NCBI GenBank assembly: GCA_020631975.1
Contig: JACKGO010000008.1
Coordinates: forward strand, 8,446 to 72,445
DNA: 64,000 bases
Direction: 5' to 3'
Source: Candidatus Nomurabacteria bacterium
Lineage (GTDB): Bacteria > Patescibacteriota > Saccharimonadia > Saccharimonadales > CAIOMD01
The position numbers and the translations under genes are program-made. The notes under the pieces are model-generated. The model did no database searches. It was not told where the DNA came from and saw only the letters and a list, made by a program, of their open reading frames with translations. Below are positions 36,273-43,181 of the stretch, one piece after another (within the stretch, counting starts at the first letter, position 1; the number at the start of each line of letters is the position of its first letter).

Positions 36273-38603
36273 CTATGTATTTATAACCTTTAGGGATGTT
36301 TTGCCGACACGTTTGTTCCTCAAAATAGTTAAGTGGTGCGCAGCCATTTCTATAAATTCTCCAAATAAATGCGGGTCACTGCATATCGGAGAAAACGTCT
36401 CACGCACATGGTAATCTTTATGCATAATACCTTCGCCATGCCTTTGGCGACTATGCTGCACGCCAACAGTAATCAATGCGGCCAAAAGGGTATTGGGGTC
36501 GTTTTCTGGGTTTGTAGCATCTTCACTAAATGTACCGAGATCTAATGCTACATGCCCAGATATCTTTTCTAGATCTAATCTCATAGATACTTTTACATTG
36601 CGGGGCTTGCCAGCTTTCGTTACACTAAGGTGTTTACCAAATATTGCCTGCTGGTCAGCTGGCGTTAAAGCCAAACTCCACCGTAATCGCGCCTCTGCTT
36701 CGTCTGTTTCGTGTGGGCGTAAAGTCATACCTACCGAATCATTTATTCTAGAAAATGATCTTAAGCCACTATCTCTATCAGATACTGGTAAGTGATCATC
36801 TACTAGTGCTGACTCTGCCATCGCATAATTACGAGTCTGATGCTCGATGAGCTTAAGACCCTGGATTACTTGTTCAATTGAATTAATTGTTAGCCTAGCA
36901 GATTCAGTGCCATCACGATGATAAAATACTGCATCTTGAGATTTACCAGCTAGGATATCTGCGGCAGGGCTTAATATTTGCGAAACTCTCATTTCTATAC
37001 CACGCTTAATACCAATAAAATATTCTTTATACACACAGTCATCTTGTGCAAACCATGCTCTTTTTTCCCAATTTAACATATTAGCACGTATGTCATTAAT
37101 GAGGCTGAATATCTCTTGTGAGGCTTCCCCTTTTCTATCTACTTCCGCTAAATCAATTATTGCCTCACCAAGATGATCACCATATTCTAACGCTAAAAAA
37201 GCCTCAAGTACTTTAATTCTTTCGTTTTCATTAGTTTTGTTTAAAGCCTTGCTTAGACGTGCAAAATTACCCAGACTTGTCTGTTCCGAAAAATATTGTG
37301 CAAAAATTAGTTGCGACCTCATCGATAATTTGTTTAATTTTATGCCAATTCTAGATTCTAGGGCTATTCGCACTTGTGGTAAGAAGTACACTTCGCAAAA
37401 TCGTTTAAATTCATCTTCGTTATGTAAGTTTGGGACAAACATATCTTCGCCGAACTCTCCCAGTGCAATAAAAGGCGACGTAATTCCTTGGTATTGAAAT
37501 GCATATACTCTGCCCCCTGGACCAATAATTGCGCTAATGCCGTCGCTAGACACAGGTATAATGTCAACAATGTCACGCTTGCTTTCATCGTCAACATTAT
37601 CCTGGTCTCTGAAGCTACCATTCGCACTGGCAGAATAATAGTTATACCTAGTGTCGCCATGTTGAATTTTGCCTAACATCTCGCGACTAGAAGACATAGC
37701 TTCGTCTGTAACTATATCAACTAGGGGATTACCTGTACGTTCAGCACTGCCTTTGGTGTGGCTATATATTCTTTCCCATATAGCGTCGCAGGTGCCGCCA
37801 TATCCCCAATGCGGAGCACCCTCAATAAATAGAGCAACTTCTTTTAGGGTTACTATATTTCCAACGAGACTAACGATGTCTGTATCGCTTAGTAATTCGT
37901 CCAACAAACTACTATTTAATCGAGATGCTAACGCATATATCATACCTTGGAGTGTAGTTCTATCACCTAATTTCAAAGCAACCGGAGAGCTTAATATAAA
38001 ATTTAAATTACTCCATTGTTCGCGCCCTGAATCATTTGAGGCTTGGAATATCAGACCTTCGAGTACACTACCATATATTGAACTAAGCGCTTCGTCTGCG
38101 CTTTTAATTGAATCAATATTGCGTAAAAATTGGCCATTATTTTTATCAAAGTATAGATTATTTAGTGCTTCAATATAGTCTCTCAGCAGTACGCTAGAAG
38201 TTTCAGGATCTCTATATTGCTGAAAGTTGGGATTATTCTTAATTGAGTATTCGAGGCTTTGATTTAGTTGTCCTTTAGGTAAACTATTTATGTGTACTAA
38301 AATATCATTAGTTTCATGTGAATTTAACGATTTAACTCGCCGCATCATCCACGAACGAGACCCCTTTTCTCCGTCAATGTTTTGACCATATTGATTTTGC
38401 CAATAGTCAAGAAATGTATCATTTTCTTCTTTGTTTACTAAACAATCAAATAGGTCGTTGAGTTCAATTTGTCTCTCTAGTAAATCCTGTATTGACGTAG
38501 CAAGAGGGTCATTTAATCCCTCAAGATAACTATGTACTTCTTGCGTAAAACGACTATGCTTGAAGTCACTTTTAGATTCAGGGTTTATTACTGTTGTCGG
38601 CAT
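36273..38603 (-). CDS. large orphan protein A (776 aa)
   Basis: Its C-terminal third is clearly homologous to the central part of 40602..43100. Examples: AFLALEYGDHLGEAI vs AFLATEYGESLGDSI; RPHETDEAEARLRW vs RPTETPQAEARIRW; LLAALITVGVQH vs LLAALITAGVQH; DYHVRETF vs DYHVRDTF. Confidence 0.6.
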   Translation of the reverse strand: MPTTVINPESKSDFKHSRFTQEVHSYLEGLNDPLATSIQDLLERQIELNDLFDCLVNKEENDTFLDYWQNQYGQNIDGEKGSRSWMMRRVKSLNSHETNDILVHINSLPKGQLNQSLEYSIKNNPNFQQYRDPETSSVLLRDYIEALNNLYFDKNNGQFLRNIDSIKSADEALSSIYGSVLEGLIFQASNDSGREQWSNLNFILSSPVALKLGDRTTLQGMIYALASRLNSSLLDELLSDTDIVSLVGNIVTLKEVALFIEGAPHWGYGGTCDAIWERIYSHTKGSAERTGNPLVDIVTDEAMSSSREMLGKIQHGDTRYNYYSASANGSFRDQDNVDDESKRDIVDIIPVSSDGISAIIGPGGRVYAFQYQGITSPFIALGEFGEDMFVPNLHNEDEFKRFCEVYFLPQVRIALESRIGIKLNKLSMRSQLIFAQYFSEQTSLGNFARLSKALNKTNENERIKVLEAFLALEYGDHLGEAIIDLAEVDRKGEASQEIFSLINDIRANMLNWEKRAWFAQDDCVYKEYFIGIKRGIEMRVSQILSPAADILAGKSQDAVFYHRDGTESARLTINSIEQVIQGLKLIEHQTRNYAMAESALVDDHLPVSDRDSGLRSFSRINDSVGMTLRPHETDEAEARLRWSLALTPADQQAIFGKHLSVTKAGKPRNVKVSMRLDLEKISGHVALDLGTFSEDATNPENDPNTLLAALITVGVQHSRQRHGEGIMHKDYHVRETFSPICSDPHLFGEFIEMAAHHLTILRNKRVGKTSLKVINT

Positions 38604-38668
38604 TGTATATGTTTTTGTTTTAGTTAATTACATATATATTATTAGCACAGTTTTGCTTTTTTGTCAAT
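38604..38668 (-). promoter_or_regulatory. promoter-leader module of large protein A
   Basis: Minus strand: TTGACA - AAAAAGCAAAACTGTGC - TAATAA, then the leader GTAATTAACTAAAACAAAAACATATACA before the ATG. No SD is visible. Confidence 0.55.
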
Positions 38669-38748
38669 GTAGTTGTTTGTTTTTTTATGGTAAAAGCTAA
38701 CAGGGTTTGATCTGTTGAGTGATGAATTAGGCTTAGGTTACTAAGCAA

Positions 38749-39279
38749 TTACAGGCTCAAGTAATATTGGAGTTCGGCGATGGATTCTTTGATGTCATCT
38801 AGTGCGCGGTGGGTTTCTTTTTTATTGAACACTTTGCCATATTTGCCTTGAATAACAATTTTAAAGCTACTTACATCTAGCATACGGTAGTGCAAACGCG
38901 CTTCTATATCTGGCCACCATTGGCGGATAAAGCGCCTGTCTTGATGAATGCTATTGCCTGCCAGCACTACTGGTTCATTGCCAAAATTGCGGAGCACAAA
39001 CTCTAGAAAATCTGCTACAACGCGCTGTTCGTTTGGGGCGACGTTTACCCTGTCTAGCAAGCCACTAGCGGTGTGTGTGCTGCGTGACCATTCGTTCATG
39101 CGTGCTAAGACTTCTGGTGGTTGATACACCACTGATTCGTACCTATCTAGTTCTGTAAAATTAAAATCTGTTACTATGGCAGCAATTTCTAGAATACGGT
39201 CTGTTGCGGGTATTAGACCTGTCATTTCAAGATCTAACCAAAGTAGTTTTTGTGGTATGTCGTTTTTTGTAGCGTTCAC
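38749..39279 (-). CDS. orn: oligoribonuclease
   Basis: 176-aa DEDDh exonuclease with motifs LLWLDLEMTGL, GNSIHQDRRF and HRALDDIKESI. GTG start. Confidence 0.85.
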   Translation of the reverse strand: MNATKNDIPQKLLWLDLEMTGLIPATDRILEIAAIVTDFNFTELDRYESVVYQPPEVLARMNEWSRSTHTASGLLDRVNVAPNEQRVVADFLEFVLRNFGNEPVVLAGNSIHQDRRFIRQWWPDIEARLHYRMLDVSSFKIVIQGKYGKVFNKKETHRALDDIKESIAELQYYLSL

Positions 39280-39302
39280 TGCTATCTATTATTGCACATA
39301 TA

Positions 39303-39374
39303 GGAAAATCCCGCGGGGCTTGTGGCCACACGCGGGACGATTTAGGTGGTTTGAATCGGCCCACCTAGAAAGCC
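39303..39374 (-). terminator. Repeat C copy 1: double-hairpin 3' module and terminator of the small-membrane-protein cassette
   Basis: The minus strand has UAGGUGG...CCACCUA, then UCCCGCG...CGCGGGA followed by UUUUCC. It is about 90% identical to 46236..46308. Confidence 0.6.
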
Positions 39375-39500
39375 GTTTGTGCGGTCTCGCCCGTGCCTTC
39401 TGGTTATGCCGTCTTTCCTGACAGCAGCTCCTTCTCGGTTGTGCCTTTTATTGACGGGCACACCTATGCTTACGGATCCCCGCTCTAGAGGTTTTTAAAC

Positions 39501-39764
39501 CTAACCCCTTTGCTGGCATTTTTTGGTACTGTGCCAATTTTCCAGCATCGCCATTGCAGCCAGAACCGCGCCTGTAAACAGGCTAACAGCCCACGCTGTT
39601 GGGTATGCTTCGTACCCCAACAGGCTGCCCAGCAGCGCCATCCCACCGAGCGTGGTGAGCATGCCGCCGACGATGGTTTCACCTTCTATGATGATGAAAC
39701 CGATCGCCATGGCGCAGAGCGCCATTAGAGGCCCCGCTGCTGCCAAAAGCAACGTTTCGTTCAT
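39501..39764 (-). CDS. small polytopic membrane protein (cassette 1)
   Basis: The ATG at 39764 lies 5 nt after AGGAGG. The 87-aa product has about three TM helices and the gene is G+C-rich. Confidence 0.5.
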   Translation of the reverse strand: MNETLLLAAAGPLMALCAMAIGFIIIEGETIVGGMLTTLGGMALLGSLLGYEAYPTAWAVSLFTGAVLAAMAMLENWHSTKKCQQRG

Positions 39765-39834
39765 TTTCACCTCCTTTACAAGGCTCGTGGACGGTATTCT
39801 GCACCATGCAGCATCCAGGAAATGAACGTATTAT

Positions 39835-39863
39835 ATTATAGCACTTTAATAGGTTTTTGTAAA
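39835..39863 (-). promoter_or_regulatory. promoter of cassette 1
   Basis: Minus strand: TTTACA - 17 nt - (TGc)TATAAT. The AAAGTGCTATAATATA block is shared with the cassette 2 promoter. Confidence 0.55.
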
Positions 39864-39890
39864 GGGTTTTCCCTGTATGCTTTTATATCT

Positions 39891-40271
39891 CTAGGTAGAA
39901 ATGTCTTTTTCGTTAAAATGTAGTACGCACGAATTAATACAAAAACGTATATTGGTGGGCGTTTGTGGAGCATCGTTAAATACATGGCCTAAATGGCCAC
40001 CGCAATTGGCACATTCTACCGCTACACGATGCATACCGTTTGAAGTATCTTCTACTAAACGCACAGCTTTTTTATTGGCGACATCATAAAAACTTGGCCA
40101 ACCACTGCCAGAATCAAATTTATGTTCACTTGCAAATAGTACCGAGCCACAGCCTGCGCATACGTATTCGCCATACTCTTCGTTATATTAGTAATCACCG
40201 CTAAATGGCGGTTCTGTGCCCTTGTCTATCAGCACGTCTCTTTGCAGTTTTGTAAGTTTTGTAGGCTTCAT
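39891..40271 (-). pseudogene. msrB: methionine-R-sulfoxide reductase MsrB interrupted by an in-frame TAA
   Basis: The translation is MKPTKLTKLQRDVLIDKGTEPPFSGDY*YNEEYGEYVCAGCGSVLFASEHKFDSGSGWPSFYD...CANCGGHLGHVFNDAP...RFCINS. This is a typical full-length MsrB except for the stop at codon 28 (40188-40190). Confidence 0.7.
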
Positions 40272-40294
40272 GCCCTTTTAGTATACGGCGCGGG

Positions 40295-40468
40295 CTACAA
40301 ACTGTTCAAGAAATCTTGGGCGCGGTACGAAATAATACGTTTGCGGTCTTCGTTTAGACGTTTGTAGGTTTTTACCGTTGAGGCAGTACGAGAGTTTTGG
40401 CTCAGTACATCTTGATTATTTGCAACAAAACGCCACAAAAGGCCATCCCACGTATCGCACCAGTCGAA
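40295..40468 (-). pseudogene. 3' fragment of a second cryptochrome/photolyase-related gene
   Basis: DWCDTWDGLLWRFVANNQDVLSQNSRTASTVKTYKRLNEDRKRIISYRAQDFLNSL aligns with the last ~57 aa of 43182..44684. Everything upstream is missing. Confidence 0.6.
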
Positions 40469-40618
40469 ATCGATGTTTATGGGAACCGCGTAGCTTTCAT
40501 CGCTTTCGGTGAAACCCAAATGGCTACTATAATTGATAGCACGCCAATTGCCGAAGCAGTGAGACAAATACTCACTGTTCTTCGTGATCATTACAAGCCA
40601 ACTATTTCGGCTGGGTAA
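40457..40618 (+). pseudogene. 3' fragment of a third TrmB-like regulator
   Basis: APVEIDVYGNRVAFIAFGETQMATIIDSTPIAEAVRQIL aligns with the C-terminus of 34926..35714. The HTH and start are missing. Confidence 0.6.
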
Positions 40619-43100
40619 TTACCTTACCAGCTTTCGCATCGAAATATCCAATTGTGCCCACCAGCTCTATGGGCTTATCAAACCAAACTATTGAACCATT
40701 TATTTCAGCCTGTTTGATTGCATATTTGCTGTACATGGGAGGAATTTTTTTGCCATTCGCATCGTTTCCTGTAGCTATGGTAATATGTGGTTGCGTTACA
40801 TCTGAGCCAAAACCTGCTTGGTCAATAATGAGCACTTGAGCTTTACCGTCGTTTATATAGCCCACTACTCTTACCTTTTGCTGTTTTCCAATATCTAGAC
40901 CTTTTAGCCCCCCATCTTTTGGTCTGAACTTTAAGGTAATGTGGGGATTGTCGGGAATATGTTCATACGGTTCACTAAAAATTACTCCAGCTACAGACCT
41001 AAGTACTGCATCATCGAAAAAGACTCCAGTATACACAACGTTAGGCAATGATTCTTTGGTAGTTTCTGCCGTTAAGCCAGTTGCTTCTACAGACATACGT
41101 CCAAGTTCTATTTTAGCTTTGTCAACATAACGTTCTTGCATAGCTCTGACAAAGCCTGCAAATGTATCTGGATTGCTTAAAGATAAATCAAATGTGTCCC
41201 TAACGTGATAGTCTAAATGGGCAATATCTTTGCCCTGCCGCAGGGCATCATGCTGCACACCAGCAGTAATAAGTGCTGCAAGTAATACATCGGGATATTC
41301 CCTTGAGCCACTGCCGTACTGCATGCTAGACCCGAGATCAAGGGATAACCTACCCGAAATTTTTTCAAAATCTAGTCGTAAAGAAGCCTTGGCGTTTCTG
41401 GGTTGACCGTTCGAATTAACATCTAAATACCTCCCAAATATTTCCATCTGCTCTTGTGGCGTGATATTAACAGCCCAACGTATCCGCGCTTCGGCTTGCG
41501 GAGTTTCAGTTGGTCGCATCATTATGCGTGCAGTAGAACCATCAGAACTTGCACTAGACGACATGTAATCTTCTTCGACAAATGACTTGCGATCAGAAAT
41601 AGGTTCTGCTTCAGCGGCAGATAATTTTTGTATCAGCAAGTTCAATATCTTTAGCCCTTGCACCACTTGCTCTACCGAATCGATGTCAAAACGTTCAGCC
41701 GGAGTGTCATCACGGTGAAAATATTGCGCCAGTTGCGTTATACCGTCCATCAGATCCGGAGTAGGGCTCAATATCTGTGATATACGTGACTCTATAGCTT
41801 GCTTGATACCTGCAAAATATTCATTATACTCACAATCTGGCTGGGCAAACCAAGCATTCGATTCCCATACTCGCGCGTTTTCTCTAATCGACGATATTAG
41901 ACGAAAAATCTCATTACCACGCTCTGAACTCTCACTCCTCTCGGCTATCTGCAGGATTGAATCACCAAGACTCTCGCCGTACTCAGTAGCCAAAAATGCT
42001 TCTGCAAAGATCAGACGATCTTCACTGGATAATGTCTGCAAGACAGTCTCGACCCGCTTGAATCTTTGATTGTCCGACTCTATCATAAAGTCAAATAATC
42101 GCTGTTGCGTCGTAAGAGTAATTCGCAGCACATCAAGCCCAAGCCTATCACCAATCGCACCTAATGTATATCGATCATACAGTAATGGGTATTCGGTTTC
42201 GTCGTAAGCGCTAACCTCTTCTAATATTTCCTCTTCATGAATCTCGCTCTGATCTGTGGGCAATCCTGGCTTTATGCGCACAAACCTTTCGACATTGCCA
42301 CCCGCAGAGTAAGCAGCAATCGCATCCGGGGCGATTCGAACATACTGTTTGTACGAATCAAAGCCGTCAGGTAGTAAGACGTCACAGAAACGATCCTCGT
42401 AGCCAGATTGCCGTTTTAATAAATCAGCGCTTTTTTGGGTAAGATCACTATGACCCGTATCGTTACTTCGCATCTCAAATTCAAGTTCACAATTATCGGA
42501 TTCGATTTGTGCTGTCATTGCAAGTAAAGGAATATCAATTCGCTGGTACCTCTCTAATATCTGCTTCATTTGGGGCCAGAATTCTTGCTGATAAACCCCG
42601 ATCACCCCTACCGAACGGATTCGCAACAAATGTACGCCTAACGGCGCATCGGCGGACAACTCAGGGACAACTCGCTTGCCAGCCAAGATTGGCAATAAGA
42701 CATCGTTTGCTACATCGGATGTACGCATAGCTGCATGACCCATTAAATCTATCAGCTCCCATGGTGCGTATGGTGGTAGCGGTAGTAGACAAGCCTGCAA
42801 AAGAGCGTCTGCGTTTAGTCGTGTTGCAGCTCTTCTGTCAGAATCTTTTTCAACATCGCCCAATGCATCAATCTGATCATGCATCAGACGGAAAGCAGAT
42901 TGCACACGTCTATCTTGTGGTAAACTGTTGAGATATTCCGATACATGAGCGCACACGGTATAAAAATAATCATCTATTAGTCGCTGATCCCCTGCGTAAA
43001 ATGCCTGTTTCAATACCTCAATTGAATCATCAGTAACGCAAACAAGTTCTTTCGCGATTTCATTAGCCTTTTTCCTTGGAGATTCAACTATGTCAGTCAT
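40602..43100 (-). CDS. large orphan protein B (832 aa) with a C-terminal 2H phosphoesterase domain
   Basis: The central region is homologous to protein A. The last ~150 aa carry PHITLKF and PHITIATG and align with the stand-alone 35770..36246 protein. Confidence 0.6.
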   Translation of the reverse strand: MTDIVESPRKKANEIAKELVCVTDDSIEVLKQAFYAGDQRLIDDYFYTVCAHVSEYLNSLPQDRRVQSAFRLMHDQIDALGDVEKDSDRRAATRLNADALLQACLLPLPPYAPWELIDLMGHAAMRTSDVANDVLLPILAGKRVVPELSADAPLGVHLLRIRSVGVIGVYQQEFWPQMKQILERYQRIDIPLLAMTAQIESDNCELEFEMRSNDTGHSDLTQKSADLLKRQSGYEDRFCDVLLPDGFDSYKQYVRIAPDAIAAYSAGGNVERFVRIKPGLPTDQSEIHEEEILEEVSAYDETEYPLLYDRYTLGAIGDRLGLDVLRITLTTQQRLFDFMIESDNQRFKRVETVLQTLSSEDRLIFAEAFLATEYGESLGDSILQIAERSESSERGNEIFRLISSIRENARVWESNAWFAQPDCEYNEYFAGIKQAIESRISQILSPTPDLMDGITQLAQYFHRDDTPAERFDIDSVEQVVQGLKILNLLIQKLSAAEAEPISDRKSFVEEDYMSSSASSDGSTARIMMRPTETPQAEARIRWAVNITPQEQMEIFGRYLDVNSNGQPRNAKASLRLDFEKISGRLSLDLGSSMQYGSGSREYPDVLLAALITAGVQHDALRQGKDIAHLDYHVRDTFDLSLSNPDTFAGFVRAMQERYVDKAKIELGRMSVEATGLTAETTKESLPNVVYTGVFFDDAVLRSVAGVIFSEPYEHIPDNPHITLKFRPKDGGLKGLDIGKQQKVRVVGYINDGKAQVLIIDQAGFGSDVTQPHITIATGNDANGKKIPPMYSKYAIKQAEINGSIVWFDKPIELVGTIGYFDAKAGKVITQPK

Positions 43101-43159
43101 ATTTTTGTTTTTAGTTAATTACATACATATTATTAGCACAGTTTTGTGCTTTTGTCAAT
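43101..43159 (-). promoter_or_regulatory. promoter-leader module of large protein B
   Basis: Minus strand: TTGACA - AAAGCACAAAACTGTGC - TAATAA, then the leader GTAATTAACTAAAAACAAAAAT before the ATG. Confidence 0.55.
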
Positions 43160-43181
43160 GTACTTGTGCTATATATCTAGG

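Noticed and set aside
39303-39374. Repeat C read on the plus strand (GAAAGUCCCGCGGGG...GGGACGA...) as an RNase P CR-I-like element or a guanidine-type riboswitch for the small membrane proteins.
   Set aside because: It lies downstream, not upstream, of the membrane-protein genes on their coding strand. It is only ~72 nt and occurs twice. It lacks the rest of the RNase P core or ACGR-loop hairpin pairs. On the minus strand it forms hairpins followed by a U-tract, which is a terminator architecture.
39901-40089. A 62-aa plus-strand track ORF.
   Set aside because: It is antisense to the clearly recognisable msrB frame and is a shadow ORF.
40602-43100. The 832-aa protein as a Trl1-type tRNA ligase (ligase-kinase-CPDase), suggested by its size and its C-terminal 2H domain.
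   Set aside because: No nucleotidyltransferase KxxG lysine motif and no P-loop (GxxxxGK[ST]) could be found in the N-terminal or central parts. Only the 2H domain assignment is retained.
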